Assembly: GCF_964204645.1 (NCBI RefSeq)
Contig: NC_134029.1
Coordinates: forward strand, 6,448,001-6,512,000
Source of the DNA: Tubulanus polymorphus
Lineage: Eukaryota; Animalia; Nemertea
Length of the DNA stretch: 64,000 nt
Direction: 5' to 3'
The notes below the pieces were generated by a model. That model did not search any database. It worked only from the letters and a program-made list of their open reading frames with translations, and was not told where the DNA came from. The translations under genes were made by a program, and so were the position numbers. Shown here piece after piece: positions 37,460 to 50,721 of the stretch (position 1 is its first letter; each line of letters begins with the position of its first letter).

Positions 37460-40111
37460 TAATATCGACACCGAAATTGCATAACCTAACCGTTTTCATG
37501 ACCTATCCTAGATGAATAGATTATGATACCATTTGCGAATGACCTATGATGCTCACAAGTATGAAGGCTGCAACCCATCCATCTAACCAATAAAGATCAT
37601 GTACATTAGCTTCCCTGTCACTGCCTGAAACTATCGTCTCATCCATGCATTAATCTGCACAGGAATTATTTATTTTAGCAAAATCTTTCTGAGCTTTCAT
37701 TCTTAGTCAGTTCAGCTTTTGTATAGCCTACGTCAGGAGCAGTGGCCAAGATTAAACCATCTGTTCGTATCCCTGGTAGATCCTCTTGAATACCTGGAAC
37801 CTGCTAGGCCTATAATGCCCTGCACGATTCCTTGAAATTTACCTTCAAATACAATCTGATGTCCCTAAACAATTCTAGAGAGCTGACATAGGCCTAGCAT
37901 AGTGCGATAAGATTTTATCTCACCAAATTCCAATTATTCCAAATCCCAATTCATTGTTTATCGTAACTAAGCTCGCTACAGAATATACAACAGTACCCGG
38001 TATGCAGAAAAGTGCAGAGCCGAAATTCCTAATTAAACCTTACCCGCATAGAGCCAACAAACTGTTAATTATATGCCAAGAGAATGATAATAACACTGTG
38101 CTGTCCTACATCAGATGATTAACACAGGTATCCTATATATTCACTTTCACAGCAATCCTCAAAAAAATCTACTTTACAAAAATGGCAGAGCTATCATCAG
38201 CGCTAACATTTACTGTCCGACAAGTACCCTAGAGTTCCATATAACCAGTAGGCCTACCCAGTTCCACAGTTCTTCAAATCTCGACACCCAGGTCAAGACT
38301 CGCTTGAATTCAGCAGTCAAACTTAAGAAATAACTGGGGAACTGGGACCATCGGATTGAATGTCCCCGGAGACCTGATTTATGCAGACCTTACCGCAGTA
38401 TACCCATGAGCAGCCTTCATAAAATGAGCTCAGTTCATATTGCATAAAAACCTCCCACCAGCGCTTCATTCAATGCCTCGAATGATGTAATGTGAATATT
38501 ACTAGCTTAATGACTAATGAAACTGATGCGCAAAAAGCAAGAAGGGAATAAACAAAAGATAAATTTCAACTCCTGATTAATTGTTAAGAAGCTAGACAGA
38601 TATAGGCCTAGCTAAATATCAAATGAACGTTCTTATTTGAAAGGTCACTCGATGTAGAAAGTACCACTGGTCTGAAAAAGATATTTCAACTGTCAATTGA
38701 TTGAAACTGGTCTGAAAAAGATATTTTAACTGATTAAAATTAAAACCAGGGTAGGCCTATCTGTTGATTGTATTAACCCCTTAATGGTGTTTGTCCTATC
38801 ACTATTCAGCACATTGTTAAATGAGCTATGTACTTATTTGAACTGCAGCAAGGAAATTATAATTATAGTATGCAATAAATTCTATAAAGTGGAAAGATTC
38901 AAACAGCAAAGGGAAAAAAATTAGGCTAACCACACATTTTTTATGATCCATAGTAAATGCTACAGCAATTAATGAAATGTCGGCATTATCAAAGGTGCTG
39001 AATATATTTCATTTTGTCCCATTATTTCATAGTAAAAACAGTAACTCAATTACGGAAATATACAAACTTTTCAAATGAACGGAATCAAAACGTTCTGAAC
39101 TAAGATTTAGATTAATCATATCGCAAAAAAGTAAAAGCAATGAATTTTTTTTCAGATGCTGACATATAAACATTGTAAGAATTTCCCGAAATTCAGTCAT
39201 TTTACAATAATTTATTGGCTTTTACAATTGAATTATTACGATTCGGAAAACAAACTGACAAGGAATATGAATGATTAATTTTTTAATCGAATCCCTTTTC
39301 AATTGTCAAAAATGCAGCCACGTGCATTTGTTTACTAAACAATACAGGTCACATGACTCGGAAGATGGACGCCTCATCATCTTGTCGGAGTTCAAAATAA
39401 AAATTTCCATCGACGCACAATAAATCGCACGCGAGTTTTTGAGGCGCAAAAAATTGCCACGGATTTACGCACCTGATTAATTGGAATAAGCCGCGTTTGG
39501 AAAGTTGCCCATTTGAGTAAAATCCCTTGAATATAAGGTTATTGTGTTTGTCAAGTGTTCCGTGCTACTCTCCTGTCATAATATCCTCTAGTTGCGCACG
39601 CGCATTCTTGCCGAATGCAACAAGGTTCGAATCCCATAGACTAAAACTCCACAATAGATTTGCAAATCATTCTTTCATCAAGCTATCTGATGAAGAAAAC
39701 GATGAATGCCAGATTATACACAAATCTTTATCTCGGCGCGATAAGAATTCCTAATTAGGGCATGTCATTATACATTCATTTATTTACCGTACTATTTTTA
39801 ACTATTTAAGGAAGCTTCCTTTTTTGTCTATGTTAATACCTAAATGATCCAGTTCACATATAATATTTTTTCGAGGTGATTCTGATTTGAATATGATTAT
39901 TTTCGACTCAAAATATTGCATATAATTTAGTTAAGAATAACTAGCGTCTTTTCTACGCCTATGCTGTACTGCATCGAATACTATTCTACAAACAAAGATG
40001 TCTGCGCCCATGAAAACTCAAAATATCTGAAAAAATTTATTATTTAAACCCTTGTCTTCATCTTCCTGCATTCTTTTCTCTATTCAACGTTGAGGTGAAC
40101 GACACCTGAAT

Positions 40112-42417
40112 ATGGCAGACGCGTACGATTTCGCTAAACCTGGAAAATTGAAGTTAAAAGGCCATAAAAGGTGAATTTTTACTATCAAATCAATTATTTA
40201 TAGGCCTAGTCATCAAGAATGATCAATTTGAGCTTTGACAATTAATTTATCACAACAAAAGTAAATAACCTTTCATTAATTCGTCAAGCTTTAATCGTTC
40301 CAAAGATTGTTGAAATTGAGGTTTTTAAGTATTGACTGTTTTATTTTGGTAAATTTTTTCGCCTTCACTTTTCAGTCACAAGAAACATAAGAAAAGCAAA
40401 AAACGTCATCACAGTGGCGACGATGGCGCTTCATCATCCAAAAAATCAAAAAGGCTCGATAAAAAGGACATCGAATTACATGGTAAGTTGAGAAACTAAT
40501 GTTTCATTGAATTTTCGTGCATTAGATCTATAGTCTGAATACCTGTTGTGAGGTTATATAGGCCTAAATGATTCCAGTAGGGTTAGTTTTGGAAAACCAA
40601 GATCCAAATTACGTAAGGCTAAAATAAAAGAGAAAAGAAAATATCAGACGATTTACCGGTTTGCTGGGACCAATGGCTAGGTACTAAAATATATTAGCTA
40701 GGCACTAGGCCTATACCACGGTAGCTTTGCTAACTTCAGATTTCTTACTTGCAGGTGGTTGGTGGGAAGTTGATAAATATGATCACATAACTGGACCGAT
40801 TTGTATTGAACTGTCTAAGATGGCATATATTCAAGCTCTTGACAACGGACTCTTCACAGTTGGAGCTCCACATGGGGATGGTAAGTTCCTCGGAAGATTT
40901 CATTTCTTATTTATAATTTCTCAATCTTAATTAGTCATGCTAGCCTGCTTTGAAAGTAAAACCAAGGCCATGAGCGAGTGCATTTTCATTTCTGGACTGA
41001 AGTGAGAACTGAGCAACTCCGCCTATTCTATGAGACTGTTCTAAATTAAGAACAAAATACTTAGTTTTCATGAATGGCAATATATCTTTATCAGGCGAAG
41101 GCCCCATACAGCCAGAGATTCTTACAGCTATTCGCGTTAACGACACGAAGGTGGCGCTAAAATCTGGTTACGATAAATATTTGTCCGTCGATGAGAAAGG
41201 AATCGTTGTTGGTAGATCAGACGCCATCGGAACCAGAGAACAATGGGAGCCAGTATTCCAAGAGGTTTAGATTTTATTCTTCTAAATGTTGAATTGAGGT
41301 CAAATTATATTGTAGACGAAATGTAAGCAGCAAACATGAACTCGGCAATATCTTATTTCGAAATTTTGTTAATTTCATTATCAGGGTAAACTGGCTTTTC
41401 TTGGATGTAACAATTGTTTCATGGGAGTTGATGATGAAGATGACATTGTTTGTAAAAGTTCAACTGCTGGTGATAATGAAATTATCCAGGTAATATATAA
41501 CTAATCATTTTGAGGCTTTGATCGTTCTTATTGGTAATATTTGTAGTTATTGTCATCAGATTATTCCAAACTTAGGTTCGATCGAACGGAGAGTTAGAGA
41601 AACCTCATGACAGTACACCCAAAGAAGAAAAAGGTGGATCGAAAAGCACAGAAATAAATTATGTGTAAGTTGAAAAAACCAATACCTCATTCACTCTTAA
41701 CGCTATTAGATATTTTTGGAAAGACCTATCATTTCCTTGATCCTCAATTTGGTATCCAGTCAACTCGATGAGATGTTACCAGGAAGCTCTTAACCCTTTC
41801 ATTGCATCAACATCGCAGTGCAGTGTATAAATCGGTGATGGACTTTGCTAGTGCCACTGCACCACGTTCTATTGATGAAATTAGTAGTTTTTATCCCTTT
41901 TGAAAGATGTCAGCACCTTAGCATAAACATAGTGAAATATTAGTAACTAACGATACACAGCGCGAAAGTGTAGACACACTACCTGCAGTTGCCGTTAGAC
42001 AACACACTGGAGCGGAATTTTCAATTGAATTCCAACGCTTTGGGGAATTAATTAGTCAGCACTGTCGAAAGGGTTAATAAACATCTTGTCCATGTTTGTC
42101 ACATGCTAATTTACCTCTGGTAATTTCCAGTAAGAAATTCCAAAGTTTCCAAGATCGTCACCTCCGCATCAATAAGGAAGATAAGATGGCTATAAAAAAA
42201 GCACGAGTAGATGGTACTTTACATGGAACTCTTCTCGATAGGTAAAGCTTAGACTGTCGACTTCCGATTTCTTCGAATCTAATGAACTCCATTTTGAGTC
42301 CATTTCAGTTCATTATCGACTACTGAATAGAACCCTGATGTTTATTCCATTGCTGACACCAATTTTATCTTAAATTTCAGGAGGGAGAAAATGAAAGCTG
42401 ATCGTTATTGTAAATAG
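40112..42417 (+). CDS. FRG1: FSHD region gene 1 protein (fascin-like fold, spliceosome-associated)
   Basis: Exons 40112-40170, 40376-40482, 40755-40880, 41095-41264, 41385-41489, 41576-41664, 42131-42241, 42381-42417. They give [71 protein letters not shown] and [15 protein letters not shown], all diagnostic of FRG1. Confidence 0.97.
41790..42077. mobile_element. piggyBac-type non-autonomous element in FRG1 intron 6
   Basis: TTAA-CCCTTTC...GAAAGGG-TTAA ends. The interior is the reverse complement of 58831-59090. Confidence 0.85.
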
Positions 42418-42461
42418 ACAATGTTCTATATTGACAATATAATTTGTGTAATTAACATGTA

Positions 42462-42467
42462 AATAAA
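42462..42467 (+). terminator. Probable FRG1 poly(A) signal
   Basis: AATAAA 45 nt after the stop codon. Confidence 0.5.
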
Positions 42468-45053
42468 TTTATCTATGAAAATAGTACACTAGTGAACTTC
42501 TCAGGATTTCTACAGATCTGTCATTCCTAGATAAAAGGAGTTTTCAAGATTTAAAAGGGAAAAAGTTCAAATTTCAAGGAAGTATCTGCATCAAACGGCT
42601 TTTTTTCTCTAAATTGAAAAAGCTCAAATCAAAGGAGTTTCAAGCACCTTTAAAGTAATTTTTGAGGAATCGAGGAGTCATAGGTTACCTGGCATCAATT
42701 GCAAAGTGAAACCTCAAGGTTTCCCATATTCATGAAGTATGCAAGCAAGCATTTGGGCGCCTTGGAATTAATCAACCAACTGTGGAATTTTCCTGGCTCC
42801 CAACCTTGCCAAGATTTCTGTATCTTTGAACCTCTTTACATATCAAAATTGGAAAATCCTGAAAACAATTTTGAACAAAACAATAGGATTTTCAATGGTA
42901 TTTATTCACTCATCCATTAGTCGTATTTCACACTATCAGGCAATGACCATTTATCCCTAAAAATCAATTCAACGATACGACAAACATAAAAATATCATAT
43001 TCTTTTATACATATGCGGTGAGACATTGTAAACCATCATCCGAAAATGTACATGTACCAGCACTATGGTACATTATCTTTTTACAAAAAAAAAAAGAGTA
43101 CAAATACTTGTACAATACTGGGCCATGTTCTACGGTCATTCGATACGTAGATAAAACTGCGTTAATTACCCATCATAGCCATCGTAAGACGGAACCTGGT
43201 CCTGGACTTTTTCTACAGCAAAAACTAAATATAATACGCAGAGTTTTAAAGTGAAAATATAGTTTGTTTTCACTAAAACGCAAAAACGAACAAGTCGTCA
43301 TTTTTAATCACGTTTTAACAGTTTAACCCAAATTACCATAAATACACATTCATGTACAAACATACGAACAAACGATACAGAATTATATTACAATTAAAGC
43401 ACATCATGCACAATATAATCATTACGTAATGAAATAGAAGAAAATATACATAACAGAGGTAATTTATGTAATACATTTCCCAAGGTGTCTTAAACTACAA
43501 TACGCAAAATTGAGTCAACTCGGTAATTGTAAGGAGTTCCATACCCAGCCAACAATGCATTAACTGCAAAGTACGTGTTCCCTTAAAGTTATGGACAGGA
43601 AAACCTCCCTTCCTTGTTGAACGCCTCTCAATAGTGAACACCTCCCATAATGTATAGTTTCGCTCGTAAGCCACATAGATTCATGTATAGCCAATCAAAA
43701 GTCTTCATTCCTGAAGCCATCAATCAAATTACAAAAATTCTACTTCGAAAAATGTTAATTGCGGAAAATAATGTAATCCTTACTTTGAGTTGACCTATTC
43801 TCCATTCCGACACATCAATACTTTATACAATTATACAGGAATCTACCCTTTGACAAATATCAGTAATCATTTGAATACATTGGCATGCTTCACGCAGCGC
43901 ATCTTGCAAATGACGTACAATATTCTTAGTCACTATGAAATGATATATTAACCAGGTATTTGAATCTGATATACATGTATTATTGGTCACAACTACTGTA
44001 CATGTTCAGTAGTTTTTTTTTTCGGTATTTTACCTATTTATAAGATCACAGAAGCGCATCGCATTTAATTAAATGTCTTTCAATCACCAATCAGAAAGGC
44101 CTCCAATCATTATACATGTAGTTCGACGTACAAATACGCCGCAAAATTAAGAACTTTTTTGAAATACATTCGTGAAATGATTTTTATGAAATGCAGTTAT
44201 GAAGGTGTTACAGTATAAATATTCAAACATCATACATTTAACCAATAGATATTAACAGTTGTTAGCATACATACGGTATATACACAATATACACAACATT
44301 TTTTTTTCAGTTTGGATTACATCCTAGTATTCCACAGCACTCGATCACATGACCGTCAAATTTAAAGGAGTTTATACTAGCAGACACTACAGTAAACCTC
44401 ACCTTCCTCGGACATGGCCAACTCGGACTTTCGACTAACTCGGACAATGACCGATCAGTTTTCTGACTTTATAACGTATTTTCCTATCCTTAACTCAAAC
44501 TTCGCTTCCCTCGACCAATTTTGTCGGTCCCAGTTTGTCCGAGTTACGCGAGGTTAACCATATCAATGTCTTTGAACGGGTTTCAACTTGGCATAAGGTC
44601 CACGGAAAAGAGAGGACCTACGGTGCATTGAACAAGGTTTTTAAATAGGTTGAGTCAATATGTCAGAACATTTCTACAAGTCGATACTAAATTTTTCAAA
44701 TTTTCATCTAACGCCATCCATTTCTGTACAATACAATCGAGAAATATAAAATTATGTATAAATCCTCTGGAAAACATTCAGCATACAGTTTGCCAACAAG
44801 CTCAGTACCTGGGCCAGATTTCTTAATTCGTCCGCTGCAAAAGCTCATTTCCATCATATACAAGTGTCTATGAACAAAATCAAGCATATTTACCGGTTTG
44901 TACACAAATAAATGCAGATTCATCGAGGACAAAACGAAGAAAGAGGAAACGGTTTGTTTGCATTGAGTGATCACATGTCTTGTGGAGTATTTTTTGTAGA
45001 AAGGAGAGCACCTAATATCGGTTAATGAAGTAGTGACTTGATATGATCTCTCT

Positions 45054-46711
45054 TTATGTCATAACAGGTCGTTGTTCTCGTAACCAATCCACAAATTCAT
45101 CTAACATCACAGGCCCTGAAAAATGAATGAAATTACAAGACACTTTGAAGCTAAAGAAGGCATTATAAAAAAAAACTAAATTAAACTAGGACAGAAAATG
45201 ATTCATCAGAAATCAACGGTAAATTTACTTACAGGCACCATCTTCGTCATAATTTGACAGATCTGGTTGGATTGTTCGGCTAAATTCTAGAACGTTACAC
45301 CACTGATCTTTGTTAATAACTTTATATTTTGATTGCTGAAATAACGAAACACAATCATTCGTACATTGTAATAATGTTTCACATTTTTTATGGTCGAAGA
45401 AATCGAAGAAAAACAACAGAAAAATGTTTCGAGACATACGTACTTCTAAAAATTGATAAAAAGAACTATATAAAACCCAGTGCTTTCCCAGTAACAATTG
45501 AAGCATAGCTTTTGACAATTCTATATCCATACTTCGTTGTTCTTTATCCTGAAATGGAAATGTTTTGTCTAATCAGATTAAGAAATAGAGATTTTTCAAA
45601 GAAGGACACGATTTCATTAAACTACAAATCTGTGATTATATTTTATTCCTCCAACAAGTTTAAACACCTTTATGAAACATATGTAACTTACCCTTGCAAA
45701 ATCGAATGCATATCTGTAAATATTTTTAAACATCGTGGAATCATCTAGAAGTGATCGGAGGTAGGTGAACTTGCCTCGCAATTTCTCTAAATTATCACAT
45801 CTGCAGCAAAATAGAATTAAACCATTATTTTGTTCATTGCATGGATCAATTTTTGATTCACATAGACAATCAGTGACTGAACAATATTCAAGGATGTGAG
45901 GCAAGATTTTGAAATTTTCTCATTTTTCCACACCAAAAACGGGATTCTTCACATTCGTTCATACCAAAAACAGAATTTTTCAGCAGGGACATATAGGCCT
46001 ACCTAACGCAAGTTCTTCAATTTCAACCAGGTTTTATGCAAGAATTGCATAAAAAAACTTGTTTAAAAGACAAGGTAACAATTTTGACCTGTAATTGGGG
46101 TCTACAAATCAATGACTGACACATTTTTGCACATCTCATCCATGCAATACTATATTATAAATACGTCATGATTAGCATTCTTACTGAAGCTCTGTCATTC
46201 CTTTCAGCCATTCTGTCAACGTAAAAAATCCCATTTGTTTGGCATCTAGTTTATATGCTAATGACAACATCACGATCTAAAAAGGAAAGTTAATGGTTTC
46301 AATCATAAAGGGCAGAAGAAATTCCAAAAGAAATAGGCTAGGGTCCAGTTCCACAAAAAAGTTTAAAATTTAAAAATACTAACATCCTCTGGTTCAACGC
46401 CTAAATCTTTGCAGAATGTCTCCATCCCTTCAGGAGTGACAACATCCTCATCTGAACCTGCGTATTGGTGAAACCAGGCAATACAGCTTTTAGAACTGAA
46501 GGAAGACTCATCCTGTGAACGAGAGCTCCTTTTATTTGCACCATTACTGAAATACATAAAAAACAAAGTTCATGAAATAGGAAATAAGAAGTTTACCATA
46601 GACATTGTCATCAGCAATACTTTACTAAGTCCCTTACCCAGAAATTTTCGGTCGTTTGCTTTTCGGCTCATCAAACCCGGGTGAATTGCGTCTTCGTCTT
46701 TGCATCGGCAT
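45054..46711 (-). CDS. DCUN1D5: DCN1-like protein 4/5 (PONY domain, cullin neddylation E3)
   Basis: Exons 46638-46711, 46384-46546, 46185-46276, 45692-45800, 45444-45548, 45233-45335, 45054-45115. Translation: [12 protein letters not shown] (cf. DCUN1D5 MPVKKKRKSPG), [84 protein letters not shown]. Likely a single co-ortholog of DCUN1D4 and DCUN1D5. Confidence 0.92.
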
Positions 46712-47529
46712 ATCTCCAGTCTCCTGTGATGCTCTGTAATAATATTCATAAAACAACTGCAAGATTTGAATGTACGGTAACAGGGCCATCGAAATGAGGG
46801 CAGCCACAACATTTTTTGAAGAGGTGCGGTAATTCAATGCGGGGATGTTTGAAATCAATAAAAAAATTTCTAGGGTAGGCCCCAAGACAAAATTGGTGGG
46901 CTTCCCACCGGTCAAGTGATTGCAGAACAGTGAACCAGTTCAACAGAAAACTCGATAAAGGCCCAACGAAAATTTTTCCTTCCAACTGATCTGGGTAGAA
47001 TGTATCTGATTCCAGCATCGGTAGATTTAGGCTATGGTACAATTGAATATCATCAGACTCAAGAGTGCCATGGCATAAGAACAGTAACTATTTTGTTTAT
47101 GAAATTTGCCATTTATTTGTCCAAATTTACTTGACAACCCATGTACTTACAAGAGCTGTTATCGTTAACTGACTGACTGACTTGTAAAAAATAATTCTGG
47201 TCGACTAGCGTGTTCCTGGTCACTTTCAACTTTCTTCATTCATTCAGCTCAGGTAAGTGTTGATTCGGGTTGGTTAGGCGAAATTTGCTCGCGATCGAAG
47301 CACTGAAAAGTGAAAATTTCGAAAAGACATTTGTAACTTCACTTATTTAGTTGAGAGATGTGCCCAGGCGATTGAGGGCGAGTCGACTGAAACGAATTAT
47401 AACGACGTAGAGCAAGAATAACAGACTAAAGACTTATGCGGCTTTGACTGTCTAGCCTACGTTGTCAAAGAAAGAAGACACTCCACACTTTTTTGGTTAT
47501 ATTGCTTGCTTCTGGGTTCAAGTCAATCA

Positions 47530-48014
47530 TTCCTGTTGCGACAGCTTAAAAAGACAACATTGCATCTACCGATATTTACCGGTTAAAAGTGCTCAACTTG
47601 TCATGTAATGGTTCTGTTTTCGGGACACAATGTTGTTGACTTGGAAGTATTGAGGAGCGTAGCTAGCTAAAACATTATCGAATATACCCGATAAACTGAT
47701 TAGCAAGTGCTGCCACCTCTTACAAATCCGAACATCGGCACTAAAATTCATTTTTGTCAGTAAAATTTACACTCAAATCCTTTAATTGCAAATCGCATGA
47801 TTTTTGTGAATTAACGGGGTATTATTTTATTGAATATATGAAAGTTTTTTAGTAGTGTCATTTTGAGAATTTATGCCGTGACCGCGAAATACGGAAACCC
47901 GGAAGTTTGCCGTTAATTGAATTGAATTGTCCAAAAAAAAACGACCGAACGCTTCGACGCTTTTGCGTAATTAGGTCGTTATCCATTTTAATTTGAACTC
48001 ATAAATCCAACAAA
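47530..48014. promoter_or_regulatory. Putative bidirectional promoter between DCUN1D and SERF
   Basis: Head-to-head genes; tandem ETS-type motifs CGGAAACCCGGAAGT at ~47892-47906. Confidence 0.5.
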
Positions 48015-48566
48015 ATGACACGTAAGACAATGATTTTTGTCCTCAATTTTTATCTATCTTCTAATTTAGTTTTATCTTCGACTGGGTTCTGGGTAGTCTG
48101 TGTGACGTACACTTGTCAATCATCGTAAACCGTGGCCTTCCTCCATTTCGAATATTCAGCCGCTTGTGTTGAAAAAGTGACTATCTAGTGATTCTCATTC
48201 AGGGGGAAATCAGCGCGAGAAGGCGAGAGAAAAGAATCTGAAGAAACAACAACAAACGGCTAAATCGAAAAAATCACCGGGTGACGGCAACAAAACGAAC
48301 GAACTCACCTCGCGAAAAGAGAGGTAAGAAATATGGCATTCCTTTTTTACTTTTGCGCCACGCTATGTTCCAGTCCATCTTACTTACGTCAGTAAAGTAT
48401 TTTCATCAAAAAACCATATCCAAAATGCTATTTGAATTTCAACATATGTCAATTCTTTTGTTAATTCATTTTTAGGGATGCAGATATAATGCGGCAGAAA
48501 CAACAAAAAGCGCTGGAGAAGAAGCAGTCAGATTCTGGCGGGGCAGCTGGTGGGTCGTCGAAATAG
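48015..48566 (+). CDS. SERF: Small EDRK-rich factor (SERF/MOAG-4 family), 72 aa; missed by the ORF track
   Basis: Exons 48015-48021, 48203-48323 and 48476-48566 give MTRGNQREKAREKNLKKQQ...SRKERDADIMRQKQQKALEKK...*, matching the SERF consensus MTRGNQR..AR.KN.KK and R..RD..IM..KQ.KA. The first coding exon is 7 nt. Confidence 0.95.
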
Positions 48567-50496
48567 AATAATATTTCTGAATGGTTATCAAAAAACAACT
48601 GAAGATATTGATTGGATAGATTGGGGGGGGGGGGACTATTTTTGTGGCTGTTTGTTCACGTCAACTATGGGCGAGGGGGTTGATATAACATAGGTGTGGG
48701 GCAATTGGAAGACTTTGTGTACCTTGTGAAAATATCTCTTACCGGTAGTCTAGACCTTGAAAAAAAATTTGTAATTTTTATTATTTGGCCGCAAATAACT
48801 GTATCTCGTATGTTACCATTGTAATTAAGAAAGCAAGTTAAAAATACCGAACTCGAAGCTCTCTTTATATCAGAATGTTAGATTTTCCCACTACATTGGG
48901 ATATATGCATGCATGTAGAATTTTGCTTTCATTGGTATTCTTCGAAGAATATTTTGAAGTTTGCCATATTCATAATGCTGGCGCTGCATGGTAACAGTAG
49001 TATACTTGTATTTTTGCTTGTAAAATATATATATGGGAATATTTTTGGGATCAATAGATTGCAAATAATCATTCACTCATTAAAATATGTTCATGTTTTC
49101 ACATCATTTATGCATTTCATTTTCATCCAAGACAACTGCCTTATCGTGTCGAGTGCTGGCAAGCTTTATTGAAGCTCAGTCTAGTGATAAAAATAGTGAA
49201 AATAATGTTGCCAAATAGTGAGTAGATAGAAAAGTTCAGTCACTGAAGTGTGTCGATTGTAAACTGGCCCAGAACTCGCTTCCAAGTGACTGGTGCTGAT
49301 ATCGTAACTCGCAATGATTGAAGACAGTTATCTTTTCAAATAGAGTCAAAACGGTGTGAGTCTGGCTGTGGAACTCAGCGCCTGGTTTCCAATAAACATT
49401 TACGTAATACTCCCTTGAATCGATACATTGTACCGCATATATGTAAGCTACTTGATATAAACAAACCACAGGTCACAAATAGTCCCATCGGCCGGATTAT
49501 GATATTGAAATATATTTTTCTGACCATATTCATGAAGAACAGTATGTTTGAGATATCACTCATGCTTAACGAGACAAATCTTGTGAAGATTCAAGAAATT
49601 CAACTCGAGTAAAGTACTGTACATAATAAGTATGTTTGTTTCTTTCGACCCAGACTAACTCCCATTCCAATTGGATATCTCATCAATTCATTGCTATCTG
49701 ATCATTTCATTGTATTAATTTTTTATATGTGTGATTTTCATGGAAATAGGATCTATTTGGTGCTTGCTTAATTGCACTGTATATTTGTGTATAATTCCAT
49801 TTCATTGTAATAAAACCCATATTGCTCATCATTTCAATTGAAATTAAGTCACTTTTAATTTTTTTGTCGCTGTAAAATCAAAATGGTCAAACAGGCCCCC
49901 CTACACAGGACATAGACTTATGGTATGGTAGGCTCGATCCTTCTAGAGCAGGAAATTATTGCTGTGAAAAGTGAACAAGATTTTTCTAGCAAGAAGGGAT
50001 GTCACAAACTTCACCAGTGCTAGTTTACTTACTGTATTTGTTTGTCATTGTATGTAGAGTCAACCCCTGATATACCACCCTCATTTATAACACCGGTGTA
50101 TATCTCTAGACAAATATATGATAAAACACCCCGATATACCGCCAAAATCGTTCTGCACCGATGTGGGCGGTGTGTATCGGGGTTGACTATGTTGATTCAA
50201 AAAACAATTATTCGATTCAATCAATTGACCAGGACACAAATGTAATTGTGTTGCAACATGTGTGCAGTTTTTTTTAACAATTTTTAAATCATGCATCATT
50301 GTAACGGCTGTGGGTCTTGTCAAAGGTTATAAATCACAATTGACAATGTAAACATCTCGGTGACACTTGTGCAGCAAACAATTATCCTACTGTAAATTGA
50401 TTCCACGTGTCTAGCACACAAATCACCAGACTTCGTCGTATCAACCAACCTCATCATAGATGTCAAACAGAAATCAAAAATCAAAATGAACAGATC

Positions 50497-50502
50497 TTTA
50501 TT
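50497..50502 (-). terminator. Probable SMN poly(A) signal
   Basis: AATAAA on the minus strand about 220 nt after the stop, followed by a T-rich tract. Confidence 0.5.
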
Positions 50503-50721
50503 TAAAAGTTTTTGCAATTTTTTTTACAATTCGTTTTTTACTGTTTTGAAAATATATATCCTATGAAAGACTAAATAATGTTGAACACATGAGATGCATT
50601 TTCGAATCTAATCTCGATTCTACAAAAATGGCGAAAATAAAAAGAACCATGTCATTCTTAACAATGAATTACGTATCATTAATGATAACTTGTAAATTGT
50701 TCGCATTTGGATATTAGTTTG

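Noticed and set aside
39624-39636. Isolated GGTTCGAATCCC B-box upstream of FRG1 (similar motif ~36095)
   Set aside because: No A-box or cloverleaf; cannot be distinguished from a decayed SINE or a chance match.
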